A DNA stretch of 64,000 nucleotides from Azolla caroliniana (GCA_043228905.1 JBHGNT010000001.1:12028001-12092000), one strand, 5' to 3'; shown: positions 1-12,264, counted from the stretch's first letter. The notes: generated by a model from the sequence alone, not told the origin. Numbers and translations: made by a program.

Positions 1-1048
1 ATGGGAAGATCACTTCTGATGGAGAAGCTTTATAGGAGCAGCTACGCATCTTGGTCATACAAGATGCACCAATACCTGTTAGGGCATGGGTATTGGAGTT
101 ATGTCAATGGAGCAAATGATGCAATATCAGATTCGACACACAAGGATTTTTCGGCCTGGGAACAATTGGCAAGCAGAGTTCTTTATTGTTTCACATCCAG
201 TGTCCGTGATCAACTATTGAGCTACATCCGGGACGCCAAGACCCCAAGACCCCAAGAGGCCAAAGGAGGCTTGGGGAACTCTGAAGAAGATTTTCGACGC
301 GAGCACTATAACTAGAAAGCTTCAGCTTAGGCAGGAGCTGAACAACGTCTAACAAAGAGACATGTCAATGGCTGACTACACCTCCCGGATCAAGGACATC
401 TGTGACTCTCTTGCCTCCATCAACGTGACTGTCGTGGAGGACGAAATGGTGCAGTTCTATCTCGGAGGATTGACGCAAAAATTTAGATAAATCCGAACAA
501 CGGTTTGCATGAGAGTTGCAATTGATACTTCTCGTTGAAGAGAACCACGCGGGTATGTCAACGAGTATGCACACCGACAACAAGATGTCGTACACGGAAG
601 AAATAGGCCCTGTGGTCTTGGTGGACAAGGGAGGTTGGCACGCAATGGAGGCGGCCAATAAGAGCAAAACTGAAGGCATAATTGAAATGCGAACAACAAT
701 TCTGGACCCTCCAGAAACAGGGGGAGTCAAAGCGGCGCCGGAAACTGGCAAGGAAAGACTGACACGGAATGTTGGTAATGTGGCAAGAAAGGCCATAGGG
801 AGAGCGAGTGTTGGAAGAAGCGGGCCGATTCGAACAAATCCGGATCCGGTAAGGCCGAACAAGGGAACCGGAAATGGATTGGGCCCAACCTTTAGGATGA
901 ACCACAAGGCTAATTCGAGGAAGACATGCATCTCGGAACTGAATGAGGTATGGTATGTTGATTCTGGTGCGTCAAACCATATAACGTACGATGAGAAGTG
1001 GTTCTCGTATTTGGAGAAACTGAAACCATCGAGGGTCGTCGAAACCGG
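1..1048 (+). pseudogene. gag: copia gag and protease of element A (frameshifts and stops)
   Basis: ORFs 1..315 and 516..1148 carry copia gag motifs. A CWxCG...H...C knuckle is present in another frame, and DSGAS is the aspartic protease motif. Confidence 0.85.
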
Positions 1049-1926
1049 TGTCTTGAAGATTCCGGGCCATGGTGAGAAACCGGGGAATGTCGGAAGAATT
1101 GGTGGGGTGGAGCATGTGCACTCACCCTTGTACAAAGGGTGTAGGTGATAGGGGTACCTTTATGGCGCCGAGTAGGAGTTAAGTCGGGACAGAGAATCCC
1201 ATGTAAATCGGGATTTATCCCACATTGTTACGCATCCCTCTCCTTGTTCTATAAAACGAAGGGAGGGTCCCTTGTAGAGGGGTTGCCCATTTTGAGTTAG
1301 GAGGGTATACCGTTAGATTTAGGGTTTGCTAGTTCTTGGTCTTCATCTTTCTCTTATTCCCTTGGCAGCTTCCTTCTTCTTCTTACTTTCTTGTTTTTGG
1401 TTAGGGTTCTTCGCCTTCTTCTTCTCATTCGTGTTTGTTTAGGGTTGAGTTCGATGAAGAGCTTGTATGTTTAGAGGGGTTTGCTTCTGCTCAGTCTCCT
1501 ATGCAAGTCCCCGCTCGGCGCGATGAGCCCGAGAGCTCCCCAATCGGCGGCTTGGCAGCAGACGGTTGTTGTAACCTAACCTACCTTGGTCCGGCTTGAA
1601 GCTGGAGTTGTACCTGGCTCTTGTAATTATATATATAAAAGGTTGGGCATATTTGTGTTTTTGTTGGTGTCGGATGCATTTCTTTCCCTTTGTTTCTTGT
1701 ACATAAGAGGCGTGTGTTGAGTCGGTGTTTCGAGCGTGGTCTCTCTCTCTCTCCCTCTCTCGTGTTCGGAAGGCGCCAGTATGCGTCCGAAATCACTCCA
1801 GTTTGCGCCGCAACCGGTACAACCGGAACTGGTGAGAACTCGGCTTCTCGACACCCATCTCTTCCTCATTTGAGACGCCTATGGTCCCCCCCCCCTTTCG
1901 ACACGTACTCGCGGATTACCTTGACA
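1049..1926 (+). repeat. 5' LTR of element B
   Basis: TGTCTTGAAG...CTTGACA, direct repeat of 25804-26689. TATA (CTATAAAA) at about 1249, TTAGGGTT motifs and a (CT)n tract. Confidence 0.85.
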
Positions 1927-1930
1927 TCTT

Positions 1931-1948
1931 TGGTGAACCCGATGTGAA
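1931..1948 (+). promoter_or_regulatory. Primer binding site, tRNA-Trp
   Basis: TGGTGAACCCGATGTGAA matches at 17/18 the complement of the plant tRNA-Trp(CCA) 3' end (...UUCACGUCGGGUUCACCA, recalled). Confidence 0.8.
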
Positions 1949-2364
1949 AGGGCAACAAGGGAGGATGGAGTCAGAAGACGATAACTTCGCGGAGATGGTG
2001 GTCGAAGTGGTGTTAGAGTTCAGATGAGTGGTGGTGAGACGGGAAGCGGCGCAACAAGCTATTGAGTGAGTGGTCGAAAGAGTTGGTTGTTTCAACGGGG
2101 ACAAAGTCCCATTCTACTTGGAAGCCTACAACGCAAAAATGGAGGAGCGAGACGAGGACGAGGCATTGAGGCTGGAGTTCTTCTGCCGGGTCGTCGCCGT
2201 CCATATGCACGCGGAAGTGAAGGAGCTCCGAGAAGCTCATAGTTTGTGGGAGGGCTTCGAAGAGGTGCTCCTGCAAGCATATGGAGGATGAAGGAAGAGC
2301 CATGGATGACACGGCTTCGACCAGTGGGTTGCATTGGCAAAGACCCACCGGGGCGCAACGAAGG

Positions 2365-2835
2365 TGTTATGTACACATAACGTTGGTGAGGGTAGGTCAC
2401 TAATATTTACATTAGTGAAGGGTATGTTCACTATTATTAAAAAGGGGACTAATGATTGGATAGAATGAATGATATGTGCATGCACTATCATGATTTAGAC
2501 AACCAATGAATAGAGAGCCTTTTAGAAAGGCACATCTATTCAAGGGGCCTAGGAAAAGGTATAAATATGAGGCTTAGCTACCCTCATAGGTATCAAGTCG
2601 GAAGGCTGCTGTCGTAGACACCGGTGGTGCGGGCTAGGCTTTCGTCTCGACGATCGTGTTTATCTCTTCCAAGGTATTAGTCATCCTAATATCCGGCGGT
2701 ATGGGACGTCGGTGGTAGGTTGGCTATGTCTAGATCATAGCTCGGGGGTGGTCGGGTGGAACGGGTTCTTCTATCCAATCTATTTTCTTCCTTTTTACTT
2801 GATTTGGTCTATTGATTAGTAATAGACTCTTAACA
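2365..2835 (+). repeat. 5' LTR of element C
   Basis: TGTTATG...TTAACA, with TATAAATA at about 2560. Confidence 0.97.
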
Positions 2836-2836
2836 G

Positions 2837-2848
2837 TGGTATCAGAGC
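2837..2848 (+). promoter_or_regulatory. PBS, initiator tRNA-Met
   Basis: TGGTATCAGAGC, 1 nt after the LTR. Confidence 0.95.
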
Positions 2849-3079
2849 TTTTACTAACAATTTTTTTGTTGTTTTGATGTTTTTGCGTGTGAGCGAGGGG
2901 GATCTAACAAGGCTCGTCATGCTCTTCTCAGGATCAAAACAACACTCTAAACCCGCTATTCTTCTTTTTTGATCTCTTCTCTTTTTCTATTATGCGTTCT
3001 TTATGGTCGAATCAAATTGGTATTACGTTTTATTCTCTTTCTTTCTACCTCCTACTACGCTACGATTTTACTTATTATT

Positions 3080-3610
3080 ATGCATCGGGCCGAGCGTGTT
3101 TGCACTAATCGCACACGCTCAACACATGGCCTTTTGCATATTGTGATATATATCCCACTCTCTCCTCTCTTGAACTCTTACGATAATAATTATTCTTGTG
3201 CATTGGGTCGAGCGTGTTTGCTCTAATCGCACACGCTTATCTCATGGCCGTTTTGCATATGATGTTGAGTATACCACTCTTCCCCTCTATTGAGCCATCA
3301 CTTGGCCGATTCTAAGGGATGATGTGGCCTTGACGAGGTGTATGTTGCCTACCTATGCCACTCTACTCTCTATTAAGCCATCAATTGGCCGATTCTATGG
3401 GATGTTGTGGCCTTGACAAGGTATATGTAGCTTACATATGCCACTTTCCTTTTTAATTAGCCATCAATTGGCCGATTCTAAGGGATGATGTGGCCTTGAC
3501 GAGGTATATGTCACTTACCTATGCCACTTTCCTCTTTAATTAGCCATTACTTGGCCGATTCTAGGGATATGTGGTGGTCTTGAGGAGGTGCATGTCAACT
3601 ACCCTAGGGT
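3080..3610 (+). repeat. Tandem repeats in the leader of element C: two units of about 120 bp, then about four units of 83 bp
   Basis: GCCAT(C/T)A recurs at 3294, 3377, 3460 and 3543 (83-bp period). GAGCGTGTTTGC...GCACACGCT occurs at about 3092 and 3210. Confidence 0.9.
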
Positions 3611-4599
3611 TTCGTATCTTAGGGCATGTTTGATTCCATACACCTAATTGTTGATTATTCTAATTAAATTTTAATTTCATAAGTATTGTTTCACTTATAT
3701 GATTTTCTAGTAATTATTATTTACCCGCCCACAATTAACTCTCCTTTTTCCACTTCCTTTTCATGTATAAAGTATTTACATCGTTTATTTTAATGTAACC
3801 TTTACGTGTAGACTATTTTTTTCGTATAGAGTGGCTTGTTGAACGATTTTTTTTTTTTTTTTTTTTCAACGGGTCATCTAGGTTTAACTCTTATCATCAA
3901 GCCTTAGAAAACGAGTAAAACCATATGAGTTTCCTTATTGATGTTTTACTCATGGATTTGAGTATTACATCTTTGCGCACAACACCGTCATCACTTGTAT
4001 CAATTTGTGGCTTATGTCACAATTGTGCAAGTTATAACAATCATATTGGGATGTATATGTGCATACCTTGCACTTCCCATTTATTTGTGACATTGTTTTT
4101 TTCGTAGGTAACACATGGGTTCTTTTTTTTTACCCTTGTTTTCGTCACTACTTAACTCTTATGAGTAGTGCCTTATTTTATCATTTTATCATCACGTTTG
4201 CTTATTGCTCGCAAGACTAGAATATTACTTGTGAGTGCACTTGTTTTTTCACGTAATACACTTTCTCGACCATATAATACATGATGGGTTGGCATTAATA
4301 TAAGGCTATCTAGGAAATTTCATTGATGTAAGAACCATGGTTGAGCCTCGGGGAGCCGCCATGATTACTCAAGATAGAGATCCGAGAAATACATCTTAGC
4401 TATGTTTTCCCCCATGGTTTTTAAAACACCATAGTGTTACCATAGTTATCGGATCTCGAATCACATCTCATATGTCTAGAGGGGTAAAGACATGAGATAC
4501 TTTCTTGGATAAAGTTCTTTCAATCAAAATTTCAAGCATTCATTTTGCTTGTGTATTTTCTGAACCTCCTTATTTTATTGCATACCCACAGCGTGCATC

Positions 4600-7500
4600 A
4601 TGGAACAAGTTTTGAACGCAGTTGGAACGATCTCTCCAAATGAGACCTCTCAACCCCAATCCGCATCTCGCACACAAGCTGAGATCACTATTGAGCAATT
4701 GCTCACTACTACCTTGAATCAATTGGCCGAAATGAGACAGGCCAATATGGCATTGGAAAAGAAATTCCAAGAATTAACTATTGAGTCCAAGAAAGAAGGT
4801 GAACCTTCCTTCGTAGTCACGCCTTTCAAGGGAGATAAGAAAGAAAGAACCGAGGAGGCTATTAGCACTTGGCTTGGTCGTTGGGAGTCTCACTTTGAGC
4901 TTCATCCCAAGCCCGATGCAGTAAAAATTGGTTATGTCGGTCGTGAGTTAGGTGGCCAAGCTGCTGCTTGGTGGCGTGGCCTAAGGACCGCAAAAAACTT
5001 ACCCACAACTTGGGAAGGTTTCGTTGATGTTTTTAAGAAACAATTCTTGCAGCCACCTTCTCAAACCGAACAAGCGCAACACTTGCTCACATTGTCTAGT
5101 AAGCCATTTACCTCTCTCGAGAATTATGTGCATCACGCTCGGACCCAGATCCAAAAATCGGGACTTACGGGTGAGAAATGGTTTGTCGCTTGTTTTTTGA
5201 ATGGTATTCCCAATGGGGATTATCATTGGATTGTCCATGACAAGGACCCCACAACTTTCGAGGAAGCCGTCAACATTGTGCTGCGATACCATAGGACTTC
5301 CAAGAAAGACCACAATAAACCTGAGCTCGCCAAAACTCCGAATGTCAAGTTCATTGGGAAACGTAAGCAATCCAGTGACACTCTTGACCGCAACTCAAAG
5401 AAACCGAACCTCTTCTGTGCATATTGCAAGAAGCGGGGCCACACAAAGGATACCTGTCGTCGTCTTGAGAGGAAGTCAATGAACACCCCTCAAGACAAAT
5501 CTACGAGTCACACAGGTGAGTCTTTTGATATTGTTGAAGTTCATACCAATCACTTAAGTTTATGTGAATGCACTTTTCCTTCACATTTACTTGGACCTAA
5601 TGATTTACTCCGAGCAGTCGGATATATCAATGGAACACAAGCACATTTCTTGTTTGATTCCGGTAGTTCTCACAATTTTCTTAATGATCACTTTGTGCAG
5701 CAAATGGAGCTCCACATAAACGGAAGTGATCATATCTATCAAGTTCACATGGCAAATGGAAACGTTCAATACATCAGTGGCATTGTTTGTCAACTGCCAA
5801 TTCAAATAGATACTTATTTGGAGAAGCTTGACTTTCATGTTATGAAATTACAATCCGCAGATGTCATTTTAGGATATCCTTGGTTTTTTAATAAAAACCC
5901 TTCTTTGTCCATTGATTGGGTTAATCACTCAATCACATTTGAACTTAATAATTGTAAACATTTTATTCAATGTTCCAAACTTCCTTCTCATTCACTTGTG
6001 TCTTCTAAATCTTTAAGTGAGTATTCTAGTTCATTAATTTATTCGTGTGTAATTGATCCTGCGGTTCAATTTTATTATTTTAATATTGACGCCACACAAT
6101 TACCACATTTTGAGCAACGATTACTCGACTCTATTTTAGAGGATTTTCAAGATGTGTTTCCTACTGAATTACCGCTTACTTTACCACCTAAACGTAATGT
6201 GGACCATCAAATTGAACTCATCCCTGGGGCTGCTCCTGTGAGCATTCCACCTTACCGACTTAGTCGATTAGAAGAGGATGAGATCGCTAAACAACTTAAG
6301 GAATACTTGAGTATGGGCCACATTAGGTATAGTAAATCACCTTGGGGTGCGCCAGTTCTATTAGTCAAGAAGAAGGAAGGTTCGTGGCGAATGTGTATCA
6401 ATTATCGCCGTTTGAATAAAATGACAATTAAGAATGCATATCCATTACCTCGTGCCGATGATTTGATTGATCGTTTGCACGGGGCTCGATATTTTACGAA
6501 AATTGACTTACGAACTGGTTATCATCAGATTCGCATCGCCGAGGATGATATTCCTAAAACCGCTTTTCGTACGCGCTATGGCCATTATGAGTTTTTAGTC
6601 ATGCCGTTTGGGTTGACTAATGCTCCAGCCACATTCCAACAAGCGATGAATGATGTTTTCCGAGATCAACTCGATGATTTTGTTGTCGTCTTCTTGGATG
6701 ATATTTTGATATATAGCCGTACCTTGCAAGATCATGTTCAACATGTTCGATTTGTTTTGCGAAAGTTGCGTGACAACTCTTTCTATGCAAAACATTCAAA
6801 ATGTGACTTCTTCCAAAAATCTATTGTGTACCTAGGTCATTTAATTACAGAAAATGGCGTTGAAATTGAACCTTCTCGTATTGAAAAGGTTAAACTTTGG
6901 CCCATTCCTCGTAATATTCGTGAACTTAGATCATTCTTAGGGTTTGTTGGATTTTTACGAAAATCAATTCGTAACTATTCCAAATTGACTACGCCATTAA
7001 CTGACCTTTTAAAAGGTCATCCACGTAAGTCTGTCAAACCAATTTCATGGAATGAACAACTTGACAAATCATTTGAGACACTCAAGGAGCATGTGTGTCA
7101 GGCTCCCACTCTTCTATTACCAGACCCTTCTAAGCCTTTCTCAATTGAAACCGATGCTAGTGATTATGCTATTGGTGCAGTTCTTTATCAAGGTGGTCAC
7201 CCTATTGCTTTTGAAAGTAAGAAGCTTGATGTTGCTCAATCTCGGTATTCGGTTCAAGAGAAAGAGTTGTTTGCGGTGATACACGCACTTAAAACATGGA
7301 GGCACTATCTCTATGGAAATAAATTTGTGGTTACAACAGACCATCAATCATTAAAGTATTTTTGTGACCAGCCCGATCTTGTTGGTCGTAAAGGCCGTTG
7401 GGCTGACCTTATGCAAGATTTTGATTTTTCCATACGCTATCGCAAGGGTTCTATGAACACCGTTGCTGATGCTCTTAGTCGCATTAAAGAAGTTAACATG

Positions 7501-9000
7501 CTTAGCTTCACGGAAATAAAATCTGATCTTTTAGATCACCTTCGAGGGAAATACCTTGATGACAGTTATTTCTCAAAATACTGGACGAAAGCCGAATCTG
7601 GTTTAGATGCCGACACTAGCACCCTACCCTCGAAGGCGACCTTTCACATTACAAACGGTTTGCTCTACCGTAGTGGAAAGGTCTGTGTTCCAGATTTACC
7701 AAATGTTAAACAGAAATTTTTTCATGAATGTCATGATGCACCATCTGCTGGTCATCCTGGAATACAACGCACACTCGTTCTCATCTCGTGTACTTTTTTC
7801 TGGCCTAAGATGCGCTCTGACGTGCATAAATACGTAACTCAATGCTTACAATGTCAGATTAATAAGTCGGAACGACTTAAAGCTGCTGGTCTTTTACATC
7901 CCTTAGATATTCCCAACAATAAATGGGAAAGTATCTCGATGGATTTTATTGTCAGTTTACCTCGTACACAGAGGGGTCATGATGCCATATGGGTTGTCGT
8001 TGACAGGCTAACAAAATTAGCTAGATTTATTCCTACAAAAACCACGGTAACCGCTCAACAGTTGGCTTATCAATTTGTTGATGAGTTATTTCGTTTTTAT
8101 GGATTACCGATGGATATTGTTAGTGATCGAGATTCCAAGTTTACTAGTGACTTTTGGACTCAGGTCTTTAAGAAACTAGAAACTACGTTGAGCATGAGTT
8201 CCGCAGATCATCCTCAGTCTGATGGACAAACTGAACGAGTTAATCAAATTATTGAGGACATGCTTCGAGCTTATGTAGCAAAAACCCCTTCTAAGTGGGA
8301 GCAATACCTTCCTATCTTAGAATTTGCCTATAATAGCTCTAAACATACATCCACTGGATATAGTCCTTTTATGTTGATGTATGGTTTTCAGCCACGTGCC
8401 CCAGTTGATGTCACGATTCATCGTGATACATTAGACAGTACACGCAATTTTTTGCAAGACATGAACCAAATGTTGCATATTGCCAAAGAAAATGTCAAGA
8501 CAGCTCAAGATCGTGCTCGATTTTATGCTGATCAGGATAGACGTCCTCGTGCATTTACTATTGGTCAAAAAGTTTTTTTGCGTGTCCCGACTGATTCTAC
8601 GTCATTATCTACGGGCAAGTGCGCTAAGTTAGCCCCACGATATTGTGGCCCATTTGAAATCCTTAAGCGAGTTGGGTCATCTGCTTATCACCTTGCCTTA
8701 CCTCGTAACGTTGGTATTCATCCTGTTTTTCACGTCAGTCGTCTAAAACCATTTTTAGGCTCTGGTGATAACACCATCACAATCCAAGATCTTGTAACAT
8801 TAGAGGATTTTTCTTACAAACCTCATGTTCCTGAACGAATTCTTGATTCTCGTACTAAACGTTTACGTTCTAAAGAGATTCGGCTATTCAAGATCAAATG
8901 GATGGATAAACCTATTGATGATGCCACATGGGAACGCGAGCATTCGCTTAATGCACAATTTCCTCACTTTATATTGCAAGAGTGCAATCTTTTGAAGTAG
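4600..9000 (+). CDS. gag-pol: Gag-Pol polyprotein (gag, CCHC, protease, RT, RNase H, integrase, chromodomain), 1466 aa
   Basis: Motifs in order: [14 protein letters not shown]; [11 protein letters not shown]; MPFGLTNAP...FLDD; ETDAS; [12 protein letters not shown]; SMDF/SDRD/TER; YCGPF; C-terminal PERILD..IKW..DATWE chromodomain. Confidence 0.98.
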   Translation: MEQVLNAVGTISPNETSQPQSASRTQAEITIEQLLTTTLNQLAEMRQANMALEKKFQELTIESKKEGEPSFVVTPFKGDKKERTEEAISTWLGRWESHFELHPKPDAVKIGYVGRELGGQAAAWWRGLRTAKNLPTTWEGFVDVFKKQFLQPPSQTEQAQHLLTLSSKPFTSLENYVHHARTQIQKSGLTGEKWFVACFLNGIPNGDYHWIVHDKDPTTFEEAVNIVLRYHRTSKKDHNKPELAKTPNVKFIGKRKQSSDTLDRNSKKPNLFCAYCKKRGHTKDTCRRLERKSMNTPQDKSTSHTGESFDIVEVHTNHLSLCECTFPSHLLGPNDLLRAVGYINGTQAHFLFDSGSSHNFLNDHFVQQMELHINGSDHIYQVHMANGNVQYISGIVCQLPIQIDTYLEKLDFHVMKLQSADVILGYPWFFNKNPSLSIDWVNHSITFELNNCKHFIQCSKLPSHSLVSSKSLSEYSSSLIYSCVIDPAVQFYYFNIDATQLPHFEQRLLDSILEDFQDVFPTELPLTLPPKRNVDHQIELIPGAAPVSIPPYRLSRLEEDEIAKQLKEYLSMGHIRYSKSPWGAPVLLVKKKEGSWRMCINYRRLNKMTIKNAYPLPRADDLIDRLHGARYFTKIDLRTGYHQIRIAEDDIPKTAFRTRYGHYEFLVMPFGLTNAPATFQQAMNDVFRDQLDDFVVVFLDDILIYSRTLQDHVQHVRFVLRKLRDNSFYAKHSKCDFFQKSIVYLGHLITENGVEIEPSRIEKVKLWPIPRNIRELRSFLGFVGFLRKSIRNYSKLTTPLTDLLKGHPRKSVKPISWNEQLDKSFETLKEHVCQAPTLLLPDPSKPFSIETDASDYAIGAVLYQGGHPIAFESKKLDVAQSRYSVQEKELFAVIHALKTWRHYLYGNKFVVTTDHQSLKYFCDQPDLVGRKGRWADLMQDFDFSIRYRKGSMNTVADALSRIKEVNMLSFTEIKSDLLDHLRGKYLDDSYFSKYWTKAESGLDADTSTLPSKATFHITNGLLYRSGKVCVPDLPNVKQKFFHECHDAPSAGHPGIQRTLVLISCTFFWPKMRSDVHKYVTQCLQCQINKSERLKAAGLLHPLDIPNNKWESISMDFIVSLPRTQRGHDAIWVVVDRLTKLARFIPTKTTVTAQQLAYQFVDELFRFYGLPMDIVSDRDSKFTSDFWTQVFKKLETTLSMSSADHPQSDGQTERVNQIIEDMLRAYVAKTPSKWEQYLPILEFAYNSSKHTSTGYSPFMLMYGFQPRAPVDVTIHRDTLDSTRNFLQDMNQMLHIAKENVKTAQDRARFYADQDRRPRAFTIGQKVFLRVPTDSTSLSTGKCAKLAPRYCGPFEILKRVGSSAYHLALPRNVGIHPVFHVSRLKPFLGSGDNTITIQDLVTLEDFSYKPHVPERILDSRTKRLRSKEIRLFKIKWMDKPIDDATWEREHSLNAQFPHFILQECNLLK

Positions 9001-9007
9001 GGGAGTA

Positions 9008-9478
9008 TGTTATGTACACATAACGTTGGTGAGGGTAGGTCACTAATATTTACATTAGTGAAGGGTATGTTCACTATTATTAAAAAGGGGACTAATGATT
9101 GGATAGAATGAATGATATGTGCATGCACTATCATGATTTAGACAACCAATGAATAGAGAGCCTTTTAGAAAGGCACATCTATTCAAGGGGCCTAGGAAAA
9201 GGTATAAATATGAGGCTTAGCTACCCTCATAGGTATCAAGTCGGAAGGCTGCTGTCGTAGACACCGGTGGTGCGGGCTAGGCTTTCGTCTCGACGATCGT
9301 GTTTATCTCTTCCAAGGTATTAGTCATCCTAATATCCGGCGGTATGGGACGTCGGTGGTAGGTTGGCTATGTCTAGATCATAGCTCGGGGGTGGTCGGGT
9401 GGAACGGGTTCTTCTATCCAATCTATTTTCTTCCTTTTTACTTGATTTGGTCTATTGATTAGTAATAGACTCTTAACA
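9008..9478 (+). repeat. 3' LTR of element C
   Basis: Copy of 2365-2835. Confidence 0.97.
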
Positions 9479-12264
9479 GAAGGCATTCCGAGAGTTTGAG
9501 CGTCGGCTTGCTCGGCTCTCGGAGCGGGAGCAAAGTCTGGTGGGGGCGGACAAAGTCCTGTTGTTTGTTAGGTCGATCGACCAAGCAGAACGGGAGGCCA
9601 TCAGGATTGAGCTCGAAGACGATGTCGGAGCGAATGGCCTTACCGAGGACTGGTCGGAAGTCGAACAAGTATGCCGACGGTTGGACGAGGAGAGGTCCTC
9701 GAAAGGCAAAGGGAAGATAACACGCAACGGCGTGTCATCATGGCAGGAAGCGGGCACAAAACAAGAAGGATTGGCGAAGCTTGATGTTGAAGCCTTGGTC
9801 TGGGAAGCGTACGAGGCTCTGAAGGCGATGGTTGAAGAGGAAGAGAGATCCGGCACGCGGACGGATTCCGAAGACATAGAGCAAGTTGGCCTTCCGGACA
9901 AGGCGGACATGGTCTAGGCAGAGGCTGACCGGGGAGGGTGTGGAGTGAGACGCCCTCTCGACTTGCGGAGAAAGACCGGCCAAGGAGGAGGTCGGTAGCG
10001 GAGAAGAGCCCTCCATGCGGATTCCGGAGACTCCGGCAGTCAAGCCCATGTGCCGACATAAGATTGGAGAGATGGAAGGCGCCACCAAGGAGTCCTGGCA
10101 CGATGCCAGCGAAGATGGATGGGGAACGGCTTGCGAGAAGGTCGAGGACGGAGCCGCGACAGAGAAGAAAGAGCAAATGAGAGCCAGCGCCGAAAGGAGC
10201 GGAATCGGAAGTCGACCTAACCGGGGATCGAATTGGTCGGCGTTGCGATTCGGGTGGAGCACGATCAGAGGTGGATCGTTCGACAGGGTCAAGGTTCGGT
10301 ATGAAAGTGCCGATACGGGAGAGGGTGCGGGACGAGCTGCCTTTTTCTACATGGGGAGAAAGACCGACCAGGCGAAGGTTGGGAATCGAGAAGAAGATGA
10401 TAGAGAGTACAAAACGAGTCCGGCGGGATAGGCATCGGAGCCGAAACTCCGGACATTGGAGAATCAAGGCCAGGCGAGCTTGATCAATCATAGAACGGAT
10501 GCTTTCCATCGACACCACTAAAAGGGTCAGTGGCCTGGGACAAGTCGTCGGAGTCATTACGAAATCGGTATCCCCACATCTTGACCGGAGACTTCGGCAG
10601 TTCGGCCGGCGTGGCAACGTGAGACTGAAAGAGAAGCGAGATGGCGGGGAAGCGCAAGGGAGGGGGTCGACGACGGCGGGAAAAACGAAAGAGGCGGTTG
10701 ACTGAAGTATGGGTCTTCCACACTCGTTCCCGAGACTTAGGCAGTTGCATCCTAGAACCAACGGAAGACCTAAGAGACTGAAAGTGGCGGCGAGGACGTG
10801 GAGGTCACGGCCAATACAATCAATCTGGAAGCGAAGAACGAAGACTGGTCCTATGGGTCACCTCACACCGGGCTAGAGACTTCGGAAGTCAGCAACGGAG
10901 CCAATGTAAGACCAATAGACTGACGGTGGCGGCAAGGGGACGAGGGCAAAGGCAACGATAGGACGGTCCTATGGGATCCTCACATCAATCCGGAGACACC
11001 GACAGTTCAAGCGGACATGGCAACATGAGACCGAGTGAGAAGGATGGTGGCGGCAGGAAACGGGAACCGGTGATGCGGGAAGAGAGAACGAGCGGGCATG
11101 GCGGTATTAGGATGGCAAGGCGGCCATTAACCAAAACCGGGCCTTCCGGCAAGGAACAAAGGGAGAATCAGGAACCGACCCGGCCATAAGACAATGCGAA
11201 AGACGAGAGGAGAGAAAGCAAGACGGTCCTTGGGATCCTCACACCGATCCGAAGACACCGGCAGATCAAGCCGACAAGGCAACGTGAAACTTAGTGAGAA
11301 GGATGGTGGCGGCAGGAAAGGGGAACCGATGATGCGGGAAGAGTGGACCGGGAGCCGGCGAACCAGGAGCTGGCGAGGCCAGAGTTGATAGGGGCCGAAC
11401 CCTTATCGGCTGGATACGATTTCGGAGGAAAGCCGGTGAGGGGTGAGCAGGGGCGGATCGGAAGACGTGTGTGTGGCCATCGAGGGCGAAAGCAAAGCAC
11501 GGGTATGGAACGTCATTCGACATAGGCGGTGCTGAACAAGGGAGGCGGAAGACGGCACACGGCGGTGCCGGGAATGAGAGCACGGGCGCGTAACAGACTA
11601 CACGGGTTGGAGACCGGAAACAGGATTGAGGGTCGGAGAAGGATCCTCCACACCTGCTTCGGAGATCTCGGCGGCTCAGTCAGAGCGGCAACGACTGGCG
11701 TGGCAAGCCAAACCCAAGGTAACAAACTAGTGGGGGCGAAGGGACGACGCCATGCGGAAGGCTCTGAACCAGTGACAACATCAGAAGACGGAAGTGGCCA
11801 AGCAGGTTACTACGGGGTGTTCCTCGTACGCGGAGAACACCGGTATGCGGAGAAGCGGCGATGCACGATCTAGCCAGACGAGGGCCAACGACGCGTGCAT
11901 GGGAAGTAACCGGAGTTCGGCACGGGCGGTGTCGAACATGAGAAGGGAATGCATAGCACACAGAGGTGCCGGAGCAGGAATATAATCGTGACGATGGGTT
12001 GCCGGTCCAGATGATCTCACGTTGTCGCAGTATTCCGCAAGTGTCAAAACCAAGGATAAAAGATAGAGTGATGGAAGAAGGATATTAGAGAACATGAGAA
12101 GAAAGGAACCAAATACTAAGAGAAGAATGGATGTATAAGATAGAGAAAGAAAGAGAATGGATACAAGATATGTAATGAGAGCTAAAAACTGGTGTTGATT
12201 CGAATTGATTTGAGAATACATGTATGCCCTTATTTATAGGTTCCTATAGAATAGCTTAGAGATT

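Larger units (their letters stand above)
2365..9478 (+). mobile_element. Intact young Ty3/gypsy chromovirus C (Tekay/Reina-like)
   Basis: 471-bp LTRs at 2365-2835 and 9008-9478, with no difference seen by eye. TSD GAAGG at 2360-2364 and 9479-9483. Met-i PBS, PPT at about 8994-9007, single uninterrupted polyprotein. Confidence 0.97.
1965..9917 (+). pseudogene. gag: gag-like gene of element B, split by element C (1965-2364 and 9484-9917)
   Basis: MESEDD...FNGDKVPFYLEAYNAKME...KTHRGATK|AFREFERR...GADKVLLFVRSID is collinear with the intact 420-aa ORF at 42743. Confidence 0.75.

Noticed and set aside
3294-3610. 83-bp repeats as a CRISPR array or hammerhead ribozymes (CTTGACGAG resembles CUGANGA)
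   Set aside because: There are no unique spacers or cas genes, and the context is a eukaryotic TE. No GAAA/NUH core follows the stem.
9640-11985. Long overlapping ORFs (for example 373 aa on the minus strand) in GC-rich interiors, also at 31000-33700 and 43000-46200
   Set aside because: They have no domain motifs, are R/G/P/S-rich as expected from GC content, and are not conserved in frame between B, I and N.
11781-12221. Hydrophobic env-like ORF (also 17364..17549)
   Set aside because: It lies within the pyrimidine-rich R/U5 part of the E LTR, so the hydrophobicity reflects T/C composition.
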